NCBI GenBank assembly: GCA_963667015.2
Contig: CAXXJJ010000001.1
Location: forward strand, 32,001-96,000
Source of the DNA: Desulfatiglandales bacterium
GTDB lineage: Bacteria; Desulfobacterota; DSM-4660; Desulfatiglandales; HGW-15
Direction: 5' to 3'
DNA length: 64,000 bases
Position numbers and translations under genes: made by a program. Every line of letters begins with the position of its first letter. Positions within the stretch are counted from its first letter, which is position 1. Of the stretch, positions 30,467 through 39,373 are shown one piece after another. A model generated the notes under the pieces. The model made no database searches. It was not told the DNA's origin and was given only the letters and a program-made list of their open reading frames with translations.

Positions 30467-31683
30467 TTCCGTTCATCCTTTGATACTTTCTCCGATATGT
30501 CGAGGCGCTGTTTCAGTTGTTTAGGCAGGTCCATAAAATTAACATGGCATGAAGGAAGGTGAATAAAAGCTGCTTCTATCAGGTTCATCAGTTCGCGGAC
30601 ATTCCCCGGCCAGTCATAGCGGAAAAGTATATTCTGTGCATCATCGGTCAATCCTTTAACGTTTCGCCCGAAACGGGAATTCATTTTTGAGATCGCATGG
30701 GAGATCAAAAGGGAAATATCTTCTTTTCTTTCACGTAATGGCGGCATGTGAACCCTTGCAACGTTAAGGCGATAATAGAGATCTTCACGAAACTTACCTT
30801 CTGCCATGATTTCTTCCGGATCTTTGTTGGTTGCGGCCATTATCCTTATATTAAGTGGGACAATTTTTGTTGATCCTAATGGATATATTTCTCTTGTTTC
30901 AATACATCGTAGAATCTTGGCCTGGGCATAATGGCCCATATCGCCTATTTCATCAAGGAATATGCTGCCTCCCTGAGCCATCACAAATTTGCCGGGTTTG
31001 CTTGAGATTGCCCCGGTAAACGCCCCGCGGTCATAACCAAATAATTCACTTTCAATAAGGTTCTCCGGCAACGCCGCGCAGTTAACACAGATAAAAGGTT
31101 TTTTATTTCGGGAGCTGTTATTATGTATCGATTTCGCCACAAGTTCTTTGCCTGTTCCGGATTCGCCTGTTATTAGAACCGGGCTGTCTGTCTTTGCAAT
31201 TTTAATAAGGTATTCTTTGAGTTCCTGCATGCATGAGCTGTTACTCACCATGGATTTGTTTTCAATCTGCGATTCAATTTCAGGGTCTGTATCTGATTTT
31301 TGATTCCCTGAATTAGCTGCAGACGCATAATAATTTATACTCTTCAGAAAAGCCTCATTGGAAAAAGGAATTTTAAAATAGTCATTTATTCCCGCTTTTA
31401 TGGCGGCAATCGCTAAATCCTCCGAACTGTATCTGGCTATGAGGATAATTGGAATATGTATTCCGCATCTTCTGATTTCTTTTGCCGCTGCAAGGGCATC
31501 ATCCGCCTCTTTGTGATTTAAACAGCTGATAATTATGTCAACCTGACTGTTTTGTATTGACCTTATAATGCTGTCGGTTTCGTGAATTTCAAAAACAGTA
31601 AAGGAGCCGTAAAGCAGATTTTCTATCCTTGTAGTATTTAGAATATCCCTGCTCCCGGTAATCAGGATTCTTGTATTATTCAT
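30331..31683 (-). CDS. Sigma-54-dependent transcriptional activator (NtrC/Fis family) with degenerate receiver domain
   Basis: Walker A GESGTGKE, ESELFG..RGAFTGA, Walker B FLDEIG, FREDLYYRLNV, WPGNVREL, C-terminal Fis HTH. Confidence 0.95.
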   Translation of the reverse strand: MNNTRILITGSRDILNTTRIENLLYGSFTVFEIHETDSIIRSIQNSQVDIIISCLNHKEADDALAAAKEIRRCGIHIPIILIARYSSEDLAIAAIKAGINDYFKIPFSNEAFLKSINYYASAANSGNQKSDTDPEIESQIENKSMVSNSSCMQELKEYLIKIAKTDSPVLITGESGTGKELVAKSIHNNSSRNKKPFICVNCAALPENLIESELFGYDRGAFTGAISSKPGKFVMAQGGSIFLDEIGDMGHYAQAKILRCIETREIYPLGSTKIVPLNIRIMAATNKDPEEIMAEGKFREDLYYRLNVARVHMPPLRERKEDISLLISHAISKMNSRFGRNVKGLTDDAQNILFRYDWPGNVRELMNLIEAAFIHLPSCHVNFMDLPKQLKQRLDISEKVSKDERKRLVSALLETSWNKSKAAEKLNWSRTTLYRKIFEYNVVESRSPER

Positions 31684-32228
31684 AATTGGCTCCCCGTTTG
31701 ATAATTAATACATTACCGAAACAGGATTTTTATTTCGGTAATTAATCAAACAATGGTTATAAAAGCATTTCTGGGAAAAAATATTGTTTGTATCAGATGA
31801 TTATAGAGAAAAATAACTGTGCGTTTAGGGTCACATGCTTCTATTCGTTGATAGTAATGCCGTTAGCGGCTGATTTTTTCGGTAGATACAACAACAGGAA
31901 TACAACGGCTATTCAAGATTTTGTTCAATTAGTAAAGAGGATTAGCTCGAAAACATTCATTTTAATAGGAGTTTTATATAGAGCATGATTATATGCACCG
32001 GTATCTGATTATTTGATAAATTCTGAAGACTTATACTAAAAAAATCAATACTTTTTTTAGAAATTGGAAAAAGAATGTTTCAATTGATACATGTAAGTTA
32101 CATGAAAAAACACTGTTTCTACAGTTTTAGATATCAGTTTTCATACCAAAGTGAAAAAATAGCAAATTAATCCAATTTGATATTAATTAAGTAAATAATT
32201 TGTAGCTTGTGCTGTTATGTGGTATTTT

Positions 32229-33425
32229 ATGGAAATGGAAACCACATCATACCAATACCGGATTAAGGTCATAAACAGAGTTGCAAGGGAAGGCCTGGTT
32301 TTATTTGGTGACAAATACCAGGTCGATCCTGATGAGAAAATACCCCATGGCATAATAGTCAGGAGTTCAACCGTAGATACGGAGATGTACCCGGGCCTCC
32401 TCGCGGTTGCCCGTGCCGGTGCAGGGGTGAACAATATTACTGTGGATAAGGCAACTGAAAGGGGTGTCTGTGTTTTTAATACGCCCGGGGCAAATGCAAA
32501 CGCGGTTTCTGAGCTGGTTTTTACAATGCTGGGAATCTGGGTCCGGAACCTACAGCAGGGTATGAAATTCTGTGCGGATCTGGCGGGAAAAACCGACAGG
32601 GATATCCATGAATCAGTTGAAAAGGAAAAAGCAGCTTTTAAGGGCGTTGAGCTCGCTGGCAAGACACTGGGTATTGTCGGGCTTGGAAAGATAGGCGTTA
32701 CAGTAGCAAACAGCGGCCTGCACAGATACATGAACGTAATCGGTTTTGACCCCTATCCCTTGCTTGAAAATATTCATGTCCTTTCTCCAGGGGTTGAGCT
32801 TGCACGCTCCATAGGAGAAGTGATTAAAAAGGCTGATATATTAAGTATTCATATACCCTTAAATAAAAAGACAGAGGGGTATATCAATGCGGAAAAGCTG
32901 CGAGAGATGAAAAAGGGCGGAGTACTGATCAACTATGCAAGGGGGCCGATTGTTGATGAAAAGGCGGTTCTGGAATATCTGGAAAGCGGTCAGCTGGACG
33001 GATACATCACAGACTTTCCAAGTGCCGGGATTGTCGGGCACCCGCAGGTACTGATTTCTCCTCATCTTGGCGCAAGCACCGAGGAATCGGAAGAAAACTG
33101 TGCCACCATGGCTGCAAAGGAATTAATTGATTACCTGGAATTCGGCAATATCACCCATAGTGTTAATTTTCCAAACGTTGAGTCTATCCCCGGAGGAAAT
33201 GTCCATACACGGCTTATAATGATAAACAGGGATATCCCCGGAATGATAGGCTTTGCCACACGCCTTTTAGGGGAAAATAATATTAATATTATAAGTTACC
33301 TGAATGAGAGTAACGGAAATGTGGGATATAATATAATTGATCTTGAAACACCGGTCCCCTATGAAGTGGTGGCCGAGATAGAGGCAAACCCCGATGTGAT
33401 CAGGACAAGGACAATAAGCTATTAA
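32229..33425 (+). CDS. serA: D-3-phosphoglycerate dehydrogenase with C-terminal ACT domain
   Basis: ARAGAGVNNI, NTPGANANAVSE, GIVGLGKIG, INYARG, SPHLGASTEE, ACT-like NRDIPGMIG. Exact start uncertain (32217-32235). Confidence 0.9.
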   Translation: MEMETTSYQYRIKVINRVAREGLVLFGDKYQVDPDEKIPHGIIVRSSTVDTEMYPGLLAVARAGAGVNNITVDKATERGVCVFNTPGANANAVSELVFTMLGIWVRNLQQGMKFCADLAGKTDRDIHESVEKEKAAFKGVELAGKTLGIVGLGKIGVTVANSGLHRYMNVIGFDPYPLLENIHVLSPGVELARSIGEVIKKADILSIHIPLNKKTEGYINAEKLREMKKGGVLINYARGPIVDEKAVLEYLESGQLDGYITDFPSAGIVGHPQVLISPHLGASTEESEENCATMAAKELIDYLEFGNITHSVNFPNVESIPGGNVHTRLIMINRDIPGMIGFATRLLGENNINIISYLNESNGNVGYNIIDLETPVPYEVVAEIEANPDVIRTRTISY

Positions 33426-33458
33426 GCTGAAAGATCGGGATATAAAAATTTAAAAACA

Positions 33459-33577
33459 TTTCTCTCACAGAGCCCACAGAGATCGCAGAGAAAAGCAAAT
33501 GCATTTTTAATATCTAAAAGTATTTTCTCTGTGTCCTCTGCGTGCTCTAGTGACCGTAGGGAGCGGGCGAGAGAAAA
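33459..33577. repeat. Palindromic REP-like intergenic element, copy 1
   Basis: CACAGAG..CGCAGAGAAAA / TTTTCTCTGTG..CTCTGCG arms ending GGGCGAGAGAAA, between convergent genes; similar element at 46032-46163. Confidence 0.65.
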
Positions 33578-33586
33578 CGCAGCTTT

Positions 33587-34288
33587 TTATTTCTTTTCGA
33601 CATATTCCAATATCGCATTCAAAAGAGAGGCACTGTAGCTCACCTGCCTGTAAGCCTCTTCCTCTGTCATCATCCTGTTTTCATCTACCAGCCTGAAGCC
33701 AAGCTGCATGGATATATTTGCTATTATAGCTATCTCCCTTACCAAATCATCTTCTGAATTTATTGATATTTTTTTTATCTCTATTTTTGAGTAATTATCC
33801 AGGATTTCTCTATCGATAGTTCCATCCATCGTCATGTGATACTTTTTATTGAATTCATTGAATTCAATATTGTGAAGAGGCATGGACAGGTCTCCCACAT
33901 AATGAACACAATAGGCCATTTGATCTTCAGGATACCTGCCTTCCTTTTTATCATCTATGTATTTCCTGATGGAGGCAACAATGGCGCCATAAAGATGACC
34001 GTCCCGGTCATTCGGGTCATTGTATTTTTCTGCCTGACTTAGTATCATTTCAGCTGTAACGACTTGGCCCTTGTGATTGTTTACATAATGATTGAACTTT
34101 TCCATATCGCCAGCCTTGACTTTGGCGATATCGGCCGCTGCAGCATTGTACCAGTTTCTGTAACCGGCGGCCTTTGCGACGGCAAGATGAGTTTTAGTAA
34201 ACCACGCAGAAGCCGATCCACTAAAAAAAATCATAATTAAAATCTGCAATAGAAGGTTAATACATAGCTTTTTATTTATAGCTGTCAT
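33587..34288 (-). CDS. Secreted S1/P1 nuclease / zinc phospholipase C-fold protein
   Basis: Signal peptide ending ASA-W, W...H at the mature N-terminus, HYVGDLSMPLH...H..MD zinc ligands. Confidence 0.75.
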   Translation of the reverse strand: MTAINKKLCINLLLQILIMIFFSGSASAWFTKTHLAVAKAAGYRNWYNAAAADIAKVKAGDMEKFNHYVNNHKGQVVTAEMILSQAEKYNDPNDRDGHLYGAIVASIRKYIDDKKEGRYPEDQMAYCVHYVGDLSMPLHNIEFNEFNKKYHMTMDGTIDREILDNYSKIEIKKISINSEDDLVREIAIIANISMQLGFRLVDENRMMTEEEAYRQVSYSASLLNAILEYVEKK

Positions 34289-34354
34289 ACAGATCTCCGT
34301 TAAAGTTTAAAAATATAGTTTGTAGGGGCGATGTACTGCTGAGTTAAAACGTAA

Positions 34355-37285
34355 TCAGAAATTAATGAGCTCAATAAGTTCTTCTCTTGAAAAACTTTTT
34401 AACAGGCCCGGGTCATCTTCCCTGACAACACTGTCCATTAAATCTTTTTTCCTGCTGATAATAGCAGAAATCTTTTCTTCCAGGGTTCCTTTAGTAACAA
34501 GCTTGAAAACCTGCACCCCCCGCTTTTGACCTATTCTGTGAACACGGTCTGTTGCCTGGTCTTCCTTTGCTGCATTCCACCATCTATCGTAATGTATTAC
34601 AACCGAGGCTGCGATAAGGTCTATCCCTACACCTCCTGCCTTGAGGCTTCCAATAAAAACCCTGCAGTCAGAATCCTCGCTGAATCTTTTTATAATTTCT
34701 CCCCGGTTTCTGCTTTTTCCTGTGAGGGAAACAAAATCTGTACCGGATTTTTTCAGATGTTGTTCCATGATATTTATCATGTCAAGATACTGGCTGTACA
34801 CAACCACCTTCTGGCCGTTGTCAATGCTTTCACTCAAGATCTCCTTAAAGAGTTCCCATTTACCGGATTCATATTCTTCATATTTTTCAGGGCTTTTTTC
34901 AACAAGAGCTGGGTGGTTACATATCTGTTTAAGGAGATTAAGAAGTGCAAATATATGAATATATGGAACGGGCTGCGCCTCTTTCTTCAAGGTCTCAAGG
35001 AGACCCTGGCCTCTTGATCTAATTGCCTCCTTGTAGAGTTTTATCTGATCAGCACTGAGAGAACAGCTCAGAACATCCTCGATTTTTTCAGGGAGCTCGT
35101 GCAGCACGCTTTTTTTCAGCCGGCGAAGAATGAATGGTGAGATAACCCTTGCGAGTTCCTCCTGTTTTTCCTGGCTTCCATGTTCCTGTATGGGCTTAAT
35201 GTAGCCTGACGAAAAATCCCTGTCAGCGCCCAGGTAACCGGTTATGGTAAGATCAAACAATGCCTTGAGCTCTTCCAGCCTGTTTTCTATGGGTGTTCCG
35301 GTCAGGCCGATCTTCATGTTCGAGTCTATATCACGGGCCGCCCTGTAAGCCTTTGTATCGGGGTTTTTGATGTGCTGTACTTCATCAAATACGGCAACAG
35401 GAAATTGCGTCTCTTTCAGTTTTTCAATATCCCTGGTTAATATCCCATATGAAGTAAGTATCAGATTTCCCTTTTTCAGTGCCTTTTCAAGATTTCGATC
35501 CCCGCCATGATATATCAGCCCCTTTAGAGATGGCGCATGTTCCCGGATCTTCATCTCCCAGTGACTCAGCACTGTCATGGGGCATACAACAAGAAATGGC
35601 GCTGTTATTTTCTGATGTTCTCTTAATGTGAGTAAAAAGGCCATTATCTGATGAGTCTTTCCAAGTCCCATGTCATCACACAGAAGACCGCCGAAAAGAT
35701 TCTCAAACAGATAATAGAGCCATTCTGTTCCAAGTTTCTGGTATCCTCTGAGGGTTGATTTTAATCCTACGGGCACAGGTACAGGCCCTGATGGTTTGAG
35801 ATCCAGTATATTTTTAAGCAGATCAATGTTTTCTGCTTCATTGCCGGTAATATTAAAGTTTCTGCTGACTGTTTTAAGGCGAATCATATCCAGCCTTGTC
35901 AGCTTTAGACTACCTGAATCGCTTGAAATATCTAAATCCCTAAAAAAATCTGCAATTTTTCGTATATCCGGAGATCTTGTATCTACCCAGCCATTGTCTG
36001 TCTCTATATATCGCTGTCCGTTTTTAACTGCCTGCAGGATGCTGTTAAGAGAAAGGTCATTGTTTCCAAAACGGTAGCTCATTGAAATGCAGCACCAGTC
36101 GCGGTCAATGGCCTCAGGTATTATATCTATCCTTTCATATTCCTTTAGTATCTTAACTGCCCTGACATCATGTGAAAGGATATCTGATTCGGCAGCGGGC
36201 GAACGTTCTTTTTCATCTGCAAAATCCGGAACCTGATATTTTTTAAGGGCCATTCGTAAAGGCGCCTTGAATTTTCTTTCCTTTCCGGGTTTTTCAAGCT
36301 CAGCTATTATACCAAGTTCGGGGATATATATGAGGTCATCATATTTAAAACGATCTATTTCCTCACCCTTTATAAAACCTGATTCTCCCTTCTTTTGAAG
36401 ACTTTCAATCTGCGGACGCAGTTCAAGATCAAGCTCGGTACTGCTTGTTATATTAAAGATAGATTTAAGCGGCACAGGTTGTATGGGCAGGCCGTGCTGG
36501 TTCAGTAAATGGTCTTTGAATGAGGTTATGAACCTCCTGACAATCTTTTTAGGGACGATATACCTGAAGACAGGTATATCATCTTTATTACAGCATGTAA
36601 CCGTGAAGTCGCCCGAGCCTTTATCAATGGCAGGACTAAAGGTGAAAGAATCATTTCCCAGTTCCCTGAATGCATGATAGGCAAAACGAAACCAGAAGCT
36701 TTCTTCCAGCATATGCCCTCGTGTCTTGAAACCCTGCTCCAGGAGCATCCATGCGTTTTTTGTCATGGATTGATGATACAGGTTGCTTAGAACAGTATTT
36801 CTGGCGGGAATGATTTCTCCTTCCGTATTTTGAGGCCTTCCAATGCAGCGTTCTATGAACCTTTCCGAATCATTATCCCGGGAAAAATAACGTAACAGTT
36901 CATTTTCTTTAGCATCCACTACAAGAAGGATAATATCTCCGGATTTTCCCCGAAGCTTTTTAATGCTGATATTATTAAGGGAGGTATTGTTTCCCTCAAT
37001 AAGCACTGAGGCAAGCCTGTACCAGATGCCTGACCTGAAAAGTTCATCAAAATGTTCTCTTGAAAGAATCGGGGAGATTTCTTTCAGCTCCTGCATATGG
37101 CTGCAAACGCCCTCTTGCAGAAGCATACAGGAGCAGAATATTTTTTCAGAGGAATTGTCTTCCTTCTTTATAAAAAAGGCGACACCCGGGCTTTTATCGG
37201 ATTGTGCAGGTAAAAGAGCCATTGAATTTCTATGAAATTCGACTCGTTCGAGCAATCCGCTTATATCAGAATTTAATGAGGGCAT
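34355..37285 (-). CDS. SNF2-family DEAD/DEAH helicase with N-terminal SWIM-like Zn finger
   Basis: CSC..GVCSH; LCDDMGLGKT, DEVQHIKN, LTGTPIEN, SLKAGGVGIDL, WWNAAKEDQATDRVHRIGQ. Confidence 0.93.
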   Translation of the reverse strand: MPSLNSDISGLLERVEFHRNSMALLPAQSDKSPGVAFFIKKEDNSSEKIFCSCMLLQEGVCSHMQELKEISPILSREHFDELFRSGIWYRLASVLIEGNNTSLNNISIKKLRGKSGDIILLVVDAKENELLRYFSRDNDSERFIERCIGRPQNTEGEIIPARNTVLSNLYHQSMTKNAWMLLEQGFKTRGHMLEESFWFRFAYHAFRELGNDSFTFSPAIDKGSGDFTVTCCNKDDIPVFRYIVPKKIVRRFITSFKDHLLNQHGLPIQPVPLKSIFNITSSTELDLELRPQIESLQKKGESGFIKGEEIDRFKYDDLIYIPELGIIAELEKPGKERKFKAPLRMALKKYQVPDFADEKERSPAAESDILSHDVRAVKILKEYERIDIIPEAIDRDWCCISMSYRFGNNDLSLNSILQAVKNGQRYIETDNGWVDTRSPDIRKIADFFRDLDISSDSGSLKLTRLDMIRLKTVSRNFNITGNEAENIDLLKNILDLKPSGPVPVPVGLKSTLRGYQKLGTEWLYYLFENLFGGLLCDDMGLGKTHQIMAFLLTLREHQKITAPFLVVCPMTVLSHWEMKIREHAPSLKGLIYHGGDRNLEKALKKGNLILTSYGILTRDIEKLKETQFPVAVFDEVQHIKNPDTKAYRAARDIDSNMKIGLTGTPIENRLEELKALFDLTITGYLGADRDFSSGYIKPIQEHGSQEKQEELARVISPFILRRLKKSVLHELPEKIEDVLSCSLSADQIKLYKEAIRSRGQGLLETLKKEAQPVPYIHIFALLNLLKQICNHPALVEKSPEKYEEYESGKWELFKEILSESIDNGQKVVVYSQYLDMINIMEQHLKKSGTDFVSLTGKSRNRGEIIKRFSEDSDCRVFIGSLKAGGVGIDLIAASVVIHYDRWWNAAKEDQATDRVHRIGQKRGVQVFKLVTKGTLEEKISAIISRKKDLMDSVVREDDPGLLKSFSREELIELINF

Positions 37286-37431
37286 GTTATATGGTTTTGT
37301 TTAATATTTTTAATTCTACCAAAATATGGCATAAAGACTGTAATTGTTTTGTGAAAGAGGGATTCTTTATAATATATTCCCTCTTTGTGCAACAGGTAGA
37401 TTGGAAAATTATGTGGAATATAAGGCTATAT

Positions 37432-37962
37432 ATGGAAAATATAATGAACGGGGAAATAAAATCGAAGTCTCTTTTACCCAGAAAGCTTGAGAATGGCCAG
37501 GAGGGAATAGATATCCTGAAGGTTCTGGATAGTCATTTAAGGCCGGTAACGCATTGGAATAATCTGGTTTTACCTTCATTCCGGATTTCTGAAGCAATAA
37601 TAAATTCCCTTTATTCATCCAGAAGAACAGGCAAATTGATACGGGGCTTTGAAGATTCGGAGAAAAAACTGAATGCAGAAAGAAAAGGGATTGCAGATGT
37701 TGATATTAAAACAGGCGCCGAAAGAAAGGAACGCATTTCCCGGCTGATTATTATTACAAATGACGGAAGTGAACGGTTTTACCGCCAGACAAAACGGCTT
37801 GTTGAACAGAACAGGCCGAGGGTCCTGGCAATACACCTGGACATTACCTCCTTTGAACTTGGCGAAAGGCTATTCGGCCCGGGAAAAAGGGTGCTTTTTC
37901 TACTCATCAATCATAAAGACGCTGTTATTGATTTTTTGACTTCCCTTGTAAAAAACCACTAA
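37432..37962 (+). CDS. Hypothetical protein, possible L7Ae/L30e-like RNA-binding fold
   Basis: GKLIRGFEDSEKKL...RLIIITNDGSER...ELGERLFG pattern; start uncertain. Confidence 0.5.
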   Translation: MENIMNGEIKSKSLLPRKLENGQEGIDILKVLDSHLRPVTHWNNLVLPSFRISEAIINSLYSSRRTGKLIRGFEDSEKKLNAERKGIADVDIKTGAERKERISRLIIITNDGSERFYRQTKRLVEQNRPRVLAIHLDITSFELGERLFGPGKRVLFLLINHKDAVIDFLTSLVKNH

Positions 37963-37983
37963 AGGACATGGTCAATTTTACCG

Positions 37984-38847
37984 ATGCCCTTCTATGAAAA
38001 TTTTTTTCAGGCATCAAAGAATTATAGATTGTTGAGTATTGACAGAATGAATGTTTTTAGAAGTAATTGCAGTACCCGTAATTGTTTAGCAGTTCGGTCC
38101 TTTATTTTATTTTTACTGTTCTTTTCAGGATTTTCTTTTCCGGCAGAGAGTCTTCCGTCCCGGCCGTCAGAAAATGTGTACAGCAGGCAGAATATTTTTG
38201 TTGAAAAATTTTTTCTGAATATTGACAATGGATTAATAACTCTCATTGCAAGAAGCAACCCTCTTGGACCGATATTGGAAGAAATCAGCAGAAGATCAGG
38301 TGAAAAAATTATAGTCAGCCCCGGTCTCAGGTCAAAGAAGATAAATGCCAGATGGAAAGATCTTCCTCTTGAAGAAGGTCTTAAAAAGATTGCCGAGGAG
38401 TCAGGCCTGTTATCCGGAAGGGATGAAACCGGTAATATATATTTATCAGAATTCCGTGATTTTTCTAAAAACAGGGGGCAGGCTGTTATCAGTCCGAAAA
38501 ACAACAATATACCGGTACTCTCAAAAAATGAGAGTCTGGCAGATCCTTCAGGCATTCATCCAGTAGACGGTGTTTCGACCGGGGAGATTCTTTCTCAGAA
38601 TAAAGATTCAGGAAATGTTGCCCTGCTGAATGAAATGGTTATACGCTTTAAGCCGGATATTGCAGAGCAGGATATTACTCAGATTCTTGCGGATGCAAAT
38701 ATTAAGATAAAGAAATATATTGCACCTCTCAAATGCCATATTCTTTCCCTTCCTGATGGAATGACCTCCTATGATGCCATGGTGCTGTTCAAGAATAAAA
38801 AGATGCTGTATCAGGCAGAGCCTGATTACCTTATAACTGTTAAATAG
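37984..38847 (+). CDS. Exported protein with STN/secretin-N-like domain and C-terminal subtilase prodomain-like module
   Basis: ITLIARSNPLGPILEEISRRSG..IIV...LPLEEGLKKI; EMVIRFKP...YQAEPDY. Start uncertain. Confidence 0.55.
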   Translation: MPFYENFFQASKNYRLLSIDRMNVFRSNCSTRNCLAVRSFILFLLFFSGFSFPAESLPSRPSENVYSRQNIFVEKFFLNIDNGLITLIARSNPLGPILEEISRRSGEKIIVSPGLRSKKINARWKDLPLEEGLKKIAEESGLLSGRDETGNIYLSEFRDFSKNRGQAVISPKNNNIPVLSKNESLADPSGIHPVDGVSTGEILSQNKDSGNVALLNEMVIRFKPDIAEQDITQILADANIKIKKYIAPLKCHILSLPDGMTSYDAMVLFKNKKMLYQAEPDYLITVK

Positions 38848-38857
38848 CCAATGGAAA

Positions 38858-39274
38858 ATGAATAAAACCATAATCCTCATCATTCTTCTGCTAAGTATTT
38901 CTCTTGTTTCAGAAGCCGGACCATCTCTTCCTGCGAGGATTGGCGGTTCTGTTACTGTTGACGGGCTTGAACTGACCCATGCGACCTCTGACGGATATGT
39001 TTTCAGTGTCACGGGAAAAGACGGAAAGGTTCTTACTCCCCCTGCAGAAGACAGGGATGGCCTTAACAAAAGAAGAAAATATATTATTGATATTCCGATT
39101 CATGATCCGGCAGGTCAGCCGGAAGGTGCCAGGCCTGGAAGCACGGCCACTATTCATGTTTTTTTTAAGGGTGTTGAGTTGAGAGTTGTAAAACCCTTCC
39201 GCGGGGAATTCGTAGTCGGAAAGGAAGGAACAATAACTCCTGTTGATCTTGTTGTAATAGACAAAAATAAATAG
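38858..39274 (+). CDS. Small secreted protein, paralog of the N-terminal domain of 39374-41614
   Basis: Signal peptide; PSLPARIGGSVTVDG...PAEDRDG...IPIHDPAGQPEGA. Confidence 0.75.
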   Translation: MNKTIILIILLLSISLVSEAGPSLPARIGGSVTVDGLELTHATSDGYVFSVTGKDGKVLTPPAEDRDGLNKRRKYIIDIPIHDPAGQPEGARPGSTATIHVFFKGVELRVVKPFRGEFVVGKEGTITPVDLVVIDKNK

Positions 39275-39306
39275 AAAAGGGGCGGAGAATTCTCCGTCCC
39301 TTTTTT
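39275..39306. terminator. Bidirectional rho-independent terminator
   Basis: AAAAGGGGCGGAGAATTCTCCGTCCCTTTTTT hairpin with A and T tracts, between convergent genes. Confidence 0.8.
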
Positions 39307-39373
39307 ACTTAATGTTAATTATCGGTTCTTAATCTCTACAATATTCTGCAAAACCGGATATCACACTGTTTAA

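Noticed and set aside
31788..31988. 66-aa ORF in the activator-serA intergenic region
   Set aside because: AT-rich, TTG start, no RBS or recognisable motif.
32183..32731. 182-aa minus-strand ORF
   Set aside because: Antisense shadow of serA.
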